Both the position numbers and the translations under genes were made by a program. This document shows positions 27,287 through 36,051 of a DNA stretch of 64,000 nt, in pieces. The stretch is from a virus. Within the stretch, counting starts at the first letter, position 1. Each line of letters begins with the position of its first letter. The notes under the pieces are model-generated. The model worked only from the letters and a program-made list of their open reading frames with translations, made no database searches and was not told where the DNA came from. The stretch spans positions 32,001 through 96,000 of the IMG/VR virus record IMGVR_UViG_3300045988_139374; one strand, 5' to 3'.

Positions 27287-27475
27287 ATGAGTATTGATGT
27301 TTATAATATATCTCCAGAAGAATTGAATGAAATGCTTCAAGATATAAGGGAAACAAATAGAAAGGTATGTAAAAATCCTCAGATCTTTAGTCAGTATGAT
27401 GATTATAGCTCAGAAACTGTAGAATTTGAAGATCTTGATCTCTCAAATATAGAAAAGGAGAATAAGAAAGAATGA
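27287..27475 (+). CDS. Hypothetical small acidic protein
   Basis: RBS aaaaggag. ATGA overlap with the next gene. Confidence 0.55.
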   Translation: MSIDVYNISPEELNEMLQDIRETNRKVCKNPQIFSQYDDYSSETVEFEDLDLSNIEKENKKE

Positions 27476-30237
27476 GAATAGTTTATTTTAGATTAAAAGG
27501 ATATATCAAAGTCTTAAATGGCATGGGGCTCGATGAGATTTCAATTAATATGTCAGATTTTAAGAATCGTATTGTTCTTATTCAAGGTGAGAATGGATGT
27601 GCTAAATCTACTATTATTGATGCTATGAGTCCTAATGTAGATACTAGCGATTCTTATAGAACAGATGTTTTCATTGATGAAAACGGTAATAGACAGATTA
27701 TAGAGTATCCTGCAGAAAAAGAGATTCATTATATATACAATGGTCAAAATGGATCTCAGGATTATTATAAGATTCTTATAGTGTCCGGAGTTGATGGTTC
27801 TAGAACTAAGAGATTAGTTACTAAAGCATATATTTCTAAGAATGGTCAAGAACTCAACCCAAATGGAAATATATCTTCTTTTAAAGAGATCAGAGATTCT
27901 ATGATGGGTATAGATCCTATATATTTGGATTTATCTTCTATTTCTTCTGAGCATCGAGGAATAGTAGATATGATGCCTTCTGATAGAAGAAAATATATGG
28001 CTGCATATATTGGATCTCTTGACACATATAATGAAATCTTTAAACAGATTTCTAAAAAAGCAAATTCTCTTAAGTCTTATATGAATACTATCAATGCTAA
28101 ACTTAGTGAATTTGGTAATGAGAATGAATTAAGACTTAAACTTGCTCAATTAAATGATCAGAAAAAGAAGCTTAATTCTGATAGAGATAAATTGATCAAA
28201 GATCTTTCTGAAGCGGAGACTACAGTAAGATTAATTGATCCTGATAATAAAATGCAGGATCTATATCAATCTATTTCGGATAGATTAGGAACCATTGTTT
28301 CTAGTTTAAAGCAAATTGATGATAATCTAATGCAAGAATACACGAAACTTAAAATATCTCCTGAAAATCAGAATATTGGATATATTACTAGTTTCAAAGC
28401 AGATACAGAAAGACAACTTGATTTTCATAAGAAGTCTCTTGATGAAAAGAAAACTAGAATTTCTGTATTAATGGCCCTTAATGAATCTACTGCAAATACT
28501 ATTAATCAAGATAAGAATACCTATGCAGGTATTGAATCTAATATGATTCAGAATAATCTTGCATCATCTATTGAAGATATCACTAATCGTATTGAATCAT
28601 ATAGTGGATATATTTCAGATGATGATATGGGAATCTTGGATAGTGTATCTATGATAGATTTGGATGAGCTTAAGAAGGCATTAGATAATTTCCTTAATAT
28701 CTTAGGAGTGATTCAAGATGCTGGAGGAGAAAGTGAGATTTGTACTAGTATTGATCTCTATAGCCAATATGATCATAGGTCTATTAATAGAGTACAAAAA
28801 TGGATTCAAGAAAAACGAGATGAAATTACTGTGCGCTCTATGGATGTCAACAATCTTTCTGATCAATGTAGGAAAATGAGAGATGATCTTAAAGAGATTA
28901 ATGAGATGGCTCAAACTAGACCTTCTGAATGCACTATTGATACTTGTCCTTATATTGCAAAATATATTGCTAATAAGGATAAAGTATCTCAAGAGCAAAT
29001 TGATGATCTAATTGGTAAGATATCAGTTCTAGAATCTCAGAATAATCTTGATAAGGTTCAGATAATCTCTTTGGAGAAACAAGGAAATATTCTTCAGCTA
29101 TTAGATGAAGCGATGATTCAGATTAAGAGTTGCATGGGTACTATTAGAAAGATTAGATCTCTTGATGATATTTTCTCTGATAATAAAATTTATAATTTGA
29201 TTAAAAATCATTATGCTTTCACAGAGTTTAATATTGTTGGAGATCTAATTGAAAAAGCCAATATCTATGTGGTCCTTAAAAGCTTGCTTGATCAGAGAAA
29301 ATCAATAGAAGCAGATTATAAGATCTATCAGAATAACAAATCTATGATGGATAAGCTTAATGCTTCTATTGAAGAAAATGAAAAACTATATAAAGAAAGA
29401 GAAAGTGAATTAAAAGAATTAAATAAAAATTGTACTTTTATATCTGGTCTTATTGATACTCTAGAGTCACAGATTGCTATTGCCAATTCTATGATAGAAT
29501 TATTGCAATCTAAAAATCAAATGGATCAAGATAAAAACTCTCTTAAGCAAGAATTTGATTCTGTAAAAGATAGAATTAAAACAGTAAAAGAGAAAGTAGA
29601 TTCTTTAAATACTATTAAAAATAGTATTACAATAATCGAAGATAATCTTGGTCCTATTAATGATACTATTAATGGATTGAATTATTCTTTAAGTAGTATC
29701 GTTGATTATCAACGAGAATATGCAGATAGTGCAGACAGATATGATAAGATATCATTTATTAGAAATGCATGTAATCCTGGAAATGGTTTAGGCATTCAAT
29801 CTGAATATATCAAGAGATATATGAATGATGTGATTATTGACTGCAACCAGATGCTAGGATATATGTTTAATGGATCTATAAGACTTGAAGTTCCAGTAAT
29901 TAATGAGAAACAATTCTCTATTCCTTTTATTGGTCCTAATGGAATTGTAGTACCTGATATTTCTAATGGATCTACTGCACAGAAATGTATGATTGGTCTA
30001 GTATTCTCTTGTGTTGCTATGATGAAGAGTAGTACAACTTATAATATTCCTAGATTTGATGAAATAGATGGCGGTCTAGATCAACAGAATAGAGTAATGT
30101 TTATCAATGTACTAAATTCTATATTAAACTTCATGGGAAGTGAGCAGTGTATTATTTGCTCTCATAATATGGAATTTGATACTCAGTCTACTACAAGAAT
30201 TATATGTTCTCATACAGGTATTAGAATCGAGCAATAA
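27472..30237 (+). CDS. SbcC/Rad50/T4 gp46-like SMC-type ATPase
   Basis: N-terminal Walker A (LIQGENGCAKST), long heptad-rich middle, C-terminal signature-like SNGSTAQKCM and Walker B/D-loop (RFDEIDGGLD). Confidence 0.7.
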   Translation: MRIVYFRLKGYIKVLNGMGLDEISINMSDFKNRIVLIQGENGCAKSTIIDAMSPNVDTSDSYRTDVFIDENGNRQIIEYPAEKEIHYIYNGQNGSQDYYKILIVSGVDGSRTKRLVTKAYISKNGQELNPNGNISSFKEIRDSMMGIDPIYLDLSSISSEHRGIVDMMPSDRRKYMAAYIGSLDTYNEIFKQISKKANSLKSYMNTINAKLSEFGNENELRLKLAQLNDQKKKLNSDRDKLIKDLSEAETTVRLIDPDNKMQDLYQSISDRLGTIVSSLKQIDDNLMQEYTKLKISPENQNIGYITSFKADTERQLDFHKKSLDEKKTRISVLMALNESTANTINQDKNTYAGIESNMIQNNLASSIEDITNRIESYSGYISDDDMGILDSVSMIDLDELKKALDNFLNILGVIQDAGGESEICTSIDLYSQYDHRSINRVQKWIQEKRDEITVRSMDVNNLSDQCRKMRDDLKEINEMAQTRPSECTIDTCPYIAKYIANKDKVSQEQIDDLIGKISVLESQNNLDKVQIISLEKQGNILQLLDEAMIQIKSCMGTIRKIRSLDDIFSDNKIYNLIKNHYAFTEFNIVGDLIEKANIYVVLKSLLDQRKSIEADYKIYQNNKSMMDKLNASIEENEKLYKERESELKELNKNCTFISGLIDTLESQIAIANSMIELLQSKNQMDQDKNSLKQEFDSVKDRIKTVKEKVDSLNTIKNSITIIEDNLGPINDTINGLNYSLSSIVDYQREYADSADRYDKISFIRNACNPGNGLGIQSEYIKRYMNDVIIDCNQMLGYMFNGSIRLEVPVINEKQFSIPFIGPNGIVVPDISNGSTAQKCMIGLVFSCVAMMKSSTTYNIPRFDEIDGGLDQQNRVMFINVLNSILNFMGSEQCIICSHNMEFDTQSTTRIICSHTGIRIEQ

Positions 30238-30241
30238 AAAT

Positions 30242-30268
30242 AGGGTAGAGGAATAAATCCTCTACCCT
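30242..30268 (+). terminator. Terminator, copy 1 of a second exact repeated hairpin
   Basis: agggtagaggaataaatcctctaccct followed by a T-run. Identical to 35953-35979. Confidence 0.7.
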
Positions 30269-30299
30269 ATTATTTTTTAATAAAAATGCAGATTCAATT

Positions 30300-30311
30300 A
30301 GATATTATAAA
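30300..30311 (+). promoter_or_regulatory. Early promoter-like motif (AGATATTATAAA variant)
   Basis: ttcaattAGATATTATAAA. Weak hairpin tgaaac/gtttca at 30314-30346. Confidence 0.5.
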
Positions 30312-30468
30312 TATGAAACAAAGGTAACGGGAATACTAAAGTTTCAATAATTTATAGAAGGAAAGTGATAAAAGAAATATAAAATATTTTGGAAAAATTC
30401 TTTTAAAGATAAAAAATGAAAATTAAAAACAATAAAAGGAATGCGTAGCATTCAGAAAGGTATCAATT

Positions 30469-30729
30469 ATGTTTACAACTAATCAATTTAATATCTCTGA
30501 TCTTTATAAAATCACTGCCGTCAAGAGTCATAATAAAGATCATACTACTATTATCACCTGTGAGCAGATCGCTGATGGAGTACCTGAGATTATCAGGAAG
30601 ATGGCTCCTACACGAGTTCATACTATTCCAGATATCAAACCTAAAACAATCATTGATAAAATCAATAATATATGCAAAGGTTATGATAAACAGCTCAAGG
30701 CAATCAATCTACAATGCTGTGGATCTTAA
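30469..30729 (+). CDS. Hypothetical small protein
   Basis: ORF with a weak RBS (agaaagg) after a leader of ~150 nt. Confidence 0.5.
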   Translation: MFTTNQFNISDLYKITAVKSHNKDHTTIITCEQIADGVPEIIRKMAPTRVHTIPDIKPKTIIDKINNICKGYDKQLKAINLQCCGS

Positions 30730-30750
30730 TTGAATCTGCATTATAAGTAA

Positions 30751-30787
30751 GTAATAGGAGTAGAGATTTATTCTCTACTCCTATTAC
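30751..30787 (+). terminator. Rho-independent terminator
   Basis: 15-bp stem gtaataggagtagag/ctctactcctattac followed by tttttatt. Confidence 0.7.
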
Positions 30788-30807
30788 TTTTTATTAAAAT
30801 TTCAATT

Positions 30808-30819
30808 AGATATTATAAT
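30808..30819 (+). promoter_or_regulatory. Early promoter-like motif AGATATTATAAT
   Basis: ttcaattAGATATTATAAT. Followed by the 9-bp hairpin gagagtaat/attattctc at 30823-30845. Confidence 0.6.
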
Positions 30820-30874
30820 ACCGAGAGTAATGGATAATTATTCTCAATATCTAAAATTTTGGAGGATATAGAAA

Positions 30875-31162
30875 ATGAAAATTCGCGTGAAGTTCAATCG
30901 TTACGGTAGTGAGGTATTTGGAGATTTTTCCATCAACTACTGTGTCAATTTTTCTGTCTACAGAAATAGTGTCTTGAATAGCTATTTCTGCTATCCTAAT
31001 GATGTTCATCCAGGTGATGTCTTTGATATTGAACATGTCGGAGAGAAAGGAGAAAATGACTACAAGATCAATTTTGTGCGCCATGATCCTGCATATCCTA
31101 ACAGATTCTTTAAGAAGCCTATCGAGCTTATTACTAATGAAGGAAGTGAAAATAATAAATGA
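30875..31162 (+). CDS. Hypothetical small protein
   Basis: RBS ttggagg. Confidence 0.55.
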   Translation: MKIRVKFNRYGSEVFGDFSINYCVNFSVYRNSVLNSYFCYPNDVHPGDVFDIEHVGEKGENDYKINFVRHDPAYPNRFFKKPIELITNEGSENNK

Positions 31163-31719
31163 AAAAGTATTTTGCATATGTGGATGGAAGCCCACATTTG
31201 TTTAAATATGCTCCAGAAGATGGTAGAGGAGCAGTAGACTTTCCAATCAACAGTTTGATCAATCAGACTAGCCATGAATATGATGAAGATATCATGGTCG
31301 TGGCTATCATGTGGAAAGGCACTCCCGAGGATAAAATTATTGATTTTAAACAGGAGCTATTTTCTATCCATGATCCTGATCATACTGATCTTAAGATTCT
31401 CAGGATCAAAGAGTTGTTTCCTAAATACTTGATGTCTTTGACTGATTACATGATCATGCATGATTATGTACAGGATGGAGATATTATGTACTGGGATGCA
31501 ACTCAGACAGTCATTGCTCAGTGTATTCATACACTGTTTGTATGGGCATGTGAATCTTATGAAGACATTGGTTGTGAGAAAGTTATTATGACCATTGGTG
31601 ATACAATCTTTGATATAACCACTCAGATCAATGTCGAAGAAATGATTAGAATGTTGAGAAGGAACAATGTTCCAGAAGATAAAGTAAAGGATATTGTTCA
31701 TCAGACATTGACACTCTAA
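31159..31719 (+). CDS. Hypothetical protein
   Basis: ATGA overlap with the upstream gene. Confidence 0.55.
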   Translation: MKKYFAYVDGSPHLFKYAPEDGRGAVDFPINSLINQTSHEYDEDIMVVAIMWKGTPEDKIIDFKQELFSIHDPDHTDLKILRIKELFPKYLMSLTDYMIMHDYVQDGDIMYWDATQTVIAQCIHTLFVWACESYEDIGCEKVIMTIGDTIFDITTQINVEEMIRMLRRNNVPEDKVKDIVHQTLTL

Positions 31720-31728
31720 TACAAAAAG

Positions 31729-31755
31729 TGGGGAGAGGTATTTAGCCTCTCCCCA
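31729..31755. terminator. Bidirectional terminator between convergent genes
   Basis: tggggagagg/cctctcccca stem flanked by an A-run and a T-run. Confidence 0.65.
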
Positions 31756-31765
31756 TTTATTTTTT

Positions 31766-32791
31766 TTAGAAATTATTAAATTCTCCGTTATTAATAACAA
31801 CGACTTTCTTAATAGAATTCAAGTTAGTATTTTTAGCAAGATGAGTACGAGGATCAATAGTATAATCCTCAATAACTAGATTAGAAGTAATAGGCATATT
31901 GGGAATTACTTCTCCAGTTCTAGTATTCATCCACTGGAAATACTTAGCTCCAGTTGCTTGGTCGTAAACGATGACTTCTTCAATATCAGGATTATTATCA
32001 TTAAGCATTAGATTTTGCTCAGGAGTTAGATGACTCATAAAGTTATTCATTCCTGCATCAACTCCAGCTTGAATCTGAGGAGGATAATCCTGTCTAATAA
32101 CACCAGTACCACCAGTTAGATTAATAGTATTAGGTAACGTATAAGAAGGAGCACCAACAGGAGCAGAAATAAATGCAGAATATGCATCCATAATTGCCTT
32201 ATTATCATCAGTTTGATCAAGTGCTTTCATATCCTTATAACGACGATACTCGTTATCAATGATAGCCTTAGTAGTAGCATTACGTTCTTTAATAGCTGCA
32301 AGTTTTGTGGAAAGCGCAGAGTTCATAGCAGCACGAGTTTCATTAATATAGTGATACTTGCCCTTCATAGATCTCTGAGATTTCATATAAGCAATATCTT
32401 GAGCACAGTCCATAATAATACCATCTGCTTGAGCAATAATAGTATTGGTCATAGCATTTGTATCGCTATATTCATCAGCATATACTGTATTTTCTACTGT
32501 CTCTCTAGGAGATACTTTATTATCTTCTTGAGCAGAATCATCTGTATTCTTTTTCTTTCTAGCTTTCTTAGGTTTTGTAGAGATAATATCAGCAGTCATG
32601 GTATTTCCATCTACAGAAATAGGTACAGAAACATTGGTTCCAATTAGACTAGAAAAATTGGGCATTGTCTGATTGCTAGTTTGTGTAACAGTTCCTAGAC
32701 TAATGGCTTGGACATCATTGGGCTTTCCATCGGTAGTATAGCTTTGATGCTCATCTACCATGGTAGGTACTTTAGGGAATTCGATTGCCAT
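31766..32791 (-). CDS. Hypothetical protein (341 aa)
   Basis: ORF with RBS aaaggag. Lys-rich patch KPKKARKKK. Confidence 0.55.
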   Translation of the reverse strand: MAIEFPKVPTMVDEHQSYTTDGKPNDVQAISLGTVTQTSNQTMPNFSSLIGTNVSVPISVDGNTMTADIISTKPKKARKKKNTDDSAQEDNKVSPRETVENTVYADEYSDTNAMTNTIIAQADGIIMDCAQDIAYMKSQRSMKGKYHYINETRAAMNSALSTKLAAIKERNATTKAIIDNEYRRYKDMKALDQTDDNKAIMDAYSAFISAPVGAPSYTLPNTINLTGGTGVIRQDYPPQIQAGVDAGMNNFMSHLTPEQNLMLNDNNPDIEEVIVYDQATGAKYFQWMNTRTGEVIPNMPITSNLVIEDYTIDPRTHLAKNTNLNSIKKVVVINNGEFNNF

Positions 32792-32810
32792 AGTAAACTC
32801 TCCTTTGGTT

Positions 32811-32823
32811 ATATATTATAAAA
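32811..32823 (+). promoter_or_regulatory. Degenerate early-type motif upstream of polB
   Basis: atatattataaaa followed by the hairpin aataga/tctatt. Near-palindromic, so it could also serve the divergent minus-strand gene. Confidence 0.3.
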
Positions 32824-32913
32824 ATGATCAATAGAGAAATCTATTAATAGAAAGTGTAAAATTTCAAAAAGTATATACGATTTGACTTAATATTAATTGG
32901 AGGTATCTAAATT

Positions 32914-34470
32914 ATGCAAGACAATGAAAAAAGTAAAAAGAAATCTTTTATAGTAAATAATGAACAATTTGAATTATTAATCCCAGGATATCCAAAAGGT
33001 TCTGATATTACAGTTATTAATACTTCTTATATTCCTAGAAAAAAGAATGATGATGGAACGTATCAAAAGGATTATATTGTAATTCTATTTAGAGACAATA
33101 TAACTGGTGGTAAAAAAGTTCATGTGATTCAAGAACCTTTGTATACTTTCTATAGAATCAAAGATGAAAGTCAAATTCCTAATTATACAATGTTCTTCAT
33201 TGAGAAAGAAAAGGTAGTTCCTTATACTTGTAAATATGCAAATATTCTGAAAGCAATTGCTGAGGTTACTGGAAGAATTGATGAGTTTCTTGAAAATGTA
33301 AACAATGGTCAGTATAGTGAGAATAAAAAACTTCATACAGATCCTAGTATATTCATGTCTGATATTCAGATTGAGAATTATTATAGATTTCTGTTTAATC
33401 TATCTTACAAGAATGAAGTTTTTAAACTTACTAAGGGATTTCTAGATATTGAAACTGATATTGCATATTGTCTAAATCAGTTTCCTGAACCTGGTGAAGT
33501 TCCTATTAATGCAATAGCTTATTGCGATGAAGCTCACAATACAGTGTATCAGTTTATATTAAATGATAGAAATAATCCTTTGGTTGAAGAGTATATGCAT
33601 TATACTGATAGACCTGGGTTCCAGAAAGAATTGTATGATTTCGTTGTAAATGCTGTAGGTGGATATAAGAAAGCTGTTAAATTCGGAGTAGATAAGATGG
33701 AATATAAACTTATCTTCTTTGATGACGAATATGAGCTTATTAAAACAGCATTTAAAATCATCAAAGCTACAGTTCCAGATTTTATTGAAGTCTGGAATAT
33801 GGCATTCGACTTGAATTATATTATAGAGAGAATTAAAGTTCTTGGCCATGATGAAACTGAAACTATATGTGATGGAAGATATCCATATTCATTTTTGAAA
33901 TTCTATGTAGATGAGAGAAACAAGAATAACTATGAAGAACGTGGTGATTACGTTGCCGCTTCTATGTATACTGTTTGGCTCGATCAGATGATCGAATTTG
34001 CATCTAGAAGAAAAGGTAGAGGCAGATATCAGAGTTTTAAACTGGATGCAATTGGTGAAGTTGTAGCTGGTGTTAGAAAACTAGATTATTCTCATATTAC
34101 TACTGACTTAGGTAAGCTTCCATATATTGATTTTAAAACATTCTCGTTCTATAACGTAATGGATGTTATTGTTCAGAAATGTATTGAAGCTAGTACTAAT
34201 GACCTTGAATATGTGTTTACTAAATGTCTAGTCAATAATACTAACTATGCGAAATGCCATAGACAGTCTGTATATCTTGCAAATCGATTCTGTAAAGACT
34301 TTTATGAATATGGATATGTAATCGGTAATAATAAAAATCTTTGGAATGAAAAGCCTACTACAAAATTTCCTGGAGCTATGGTTGGTGATCCAACTCATAA
34401 TGCAGATAGTGTAATGCTTCACATTAATGGTAGGCCAACTCAGTTGTCAAATAATGCTGTTGATTTCGAT
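32914..34470 (+). CDS. Family-B DNA polymerase, exon 1 (N-terminal and 3'-5' exonuclease domains)
   Basis: Exo I FLDIETD, Exo II VWNMAFDLNYI, Exo III YNVMDVIV. The frame ends at ..AVDFD immediately before the expected SLYPS. Confidence 0.85.
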
Positions 34471-34859
34471 TAACTAAGTAGTCGCATCTTTATAGGAATA
34501 TAGAGATGAAAACTTTATTGCAAAAGCTGGAAAAGGCTAAAGCTCTTCTGCCATTAGAAATAATGGAATCGAAAGATAGAAATAAGTGAAGAGATGGACC
34601 AAGGTGAAATAAAAGCTATATATTGAATAAGAGATAAATATATAGTCCTAAAGTCTATTAACAATGTCTAATCAGCACCTAGATAATTCTAGAGTTCAAC
34701 GACTATTCCGAAAGGAATTAGGGCCAAGTGGTACCGAAGTATAAAGGGTCCCAATGCTTATATAAGTAATGGATTGTGATATAGTCTAGCCTCTAGGTAA
34801 CACCTAGAGAAGTTCATAAGAGAACTGCAAAGATTAACGACCTTTGTGAATAAACTGCG
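34471..34859 (+). mobile_element. Group I self-splicing intron (ORF-less) in polB
   Basis: gttcaacgacta at 34694-34705 (R) and gatatagtc at 34778-34786 (S). Exon cgat can pair with intron gtcg. Intron ends in G. Splicing gives VDFD-YSSLYPSII (motif A). Confidence 0.85.
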
Positions 34860-35345
34860 TACTCTTCTCTTTATCCATCTATTATTCTTGAGAATAATCT
34901 TGCTCCTAATACACAGGTTGGTAGAATTATTATTGAAGATCCTGATGATCCTATGAAACCTTTCTCTCTTAATGAGCATCCTGATATGTATTCTTCTGGA
35001 GATGAAGTTGCAAAATATTCTCGAGGTGGTGAATTCCTTGAGAATATGATCTCTGGCAATATAATGGAATTCTGTAGAAGATGGATGCGACTTGGAGATA
35101 TCAATCAATGTATGGATGATATTAGAGAATACTTCAAATATAATCCCTCTTATGGTAGAGGAATTGATGATGAAGGATCTAATCAGCAAGCTATATTCTT
35201 TACAAGAGATAATATGATAGATGCAGTTAATTTTGTAGAGAAAGATTATAATCTTGATACTGCAGGATTAATTTTCTATAGCAATCTTGACAACGATATA
35301 AAGAAAGATCTTTCTGAAGAAATTAAAAAAGGAGCGTTTCTGTGA
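34860..35345 (+). CDS. Family-B DNA polymerase, exon 2 (motif A region), ends before motifs B/C
   Basis: In frame with the ORF 34953-35345. Reads YSSLYPSIILENNLAPNTQVG... No KxxxNSxYG or DTDS before the stop. Confidence 0.8.
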   Translation, partial: YSSLYPSIILENNLAPNTQVGRIIIEDPDDPMKPFSLNEHPDMYSSGDEVAKYSRGGEFLENMISGNIMEFCRRWMRLGDINQCMDDIREYFKYNPSYGRGIDDEGSNQQAIFFTRDNMIDAVNFVEKDYNLDTAGLIFYSNLDNDIKKDLSEEIKKGAFL

Positions 35346-35944
35346 GTAGTGATTTTAAAGAATTCTGTTCATATATTCAACCAATATTGAATAGCTGTTC
35401 AGGGTTTATTAAAACTGATGGTTATATGACTCATTTTCCTGGAGTTATTGTAACTATGGATGCAGATCAGACATTCTATGGAATCATTCATATACCAGTA
35501 ATTTATAATCTATATTTTACTTGTATTATTAGTGATATCATGGCAATGAAGAAACCAGAAAATCAGATATTTGAAAATCTCTATTTTAGTGGAAGTAATA
35601 TTAAAGGAAATACGCTATTAAGAGCTTTTGAATTATTTGATAATATTGATAGTAAAGTTAAATGTATCTATTATGAACCTGATTGCTATAATATTAATGG
35701 TTTCACAACTGTATCTGCAGTGTCAAATATTGGAAGTGTAAATGTATTTACAGCTTCTGATAGATATAGAATACCTGCTAGTAAAGCAATTACTCCATTA
35801 TCTAAAGGAGATACTGCATCTCTTAAAATATATGATTATGTAGTAAATCCTATAGATCCAGGTGTAAAGACTATCAGATATTCTATGTTTAAAAAGAAAT
35901 TCAAACTAGTAGTAGATGTATATTCTAACATTCTTACAATTTGA
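35342..35944 (+). CDS. Hypothetical protein (GTG start, GTGA overlap with polB exon 2)
   Basis: RBS aaaggag lies 8 nt upstream of the GTG. 200 aa. Confidence 0.5.
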   Translation: MSSDFKEFCSYIQPILNSCSGFIKTDGYMTHFPGVIVTMDADQTFYGIIHIPVIYNLYFTCIISDIMAMKKPENQIFENLYFSGSNIKGNTLLRAFELFDNIDSKVKCIYYEPDCYNINGFTTVSAVSNIGSVNVFTASDRYRIPASKAITPLSKGDTASLKIYDYVVNPIDPGVKTIRYSMFKKKFKLVVDVYSNILTI

Positions 35945-35952
35945 ATAAAAAC

Positions 35953-35979
35953 AGGGTAGAGGAATAAATCCTCTACCCT
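35953..35979 (+). terminator. Terminator, copy 2 of the second exact repeated hairpin
   Basis: agggtagaggaataaatcctctaccct followed by a long T-run. Confidence 0.7.
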
Positions 35980-36011
35980 ATTATTTTTTTTTGAAAATTA
36001 CTTACTTCCAA

Positions 36012-36025
36012 AACATCCATATAAT
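36012..36025 (+). promoter_or_regulatory. Late promoter-like motif AACA-N6-TAAT
   Basis: AACATCCATATAAT, 27 nt upstream of the ATG of the 36052 gene. Confidence 0.5.
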
Positions 36026-36051
36026 TTATCACGCTAAGGAGGTCAATATAA

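Noticed and set aside
35342-35944. PILNSCSGF and VTMDADQ in this ORF looked like degenerate PolB motifs B (KxxxNSxYG) and C (DTDS).
   Set aside because: The two are only about 25 residues apart, whereas known family-B polymerases have about 60-70. The key Lys, Tyr-Gly and the DTD triad are missing. This is most likely chance.
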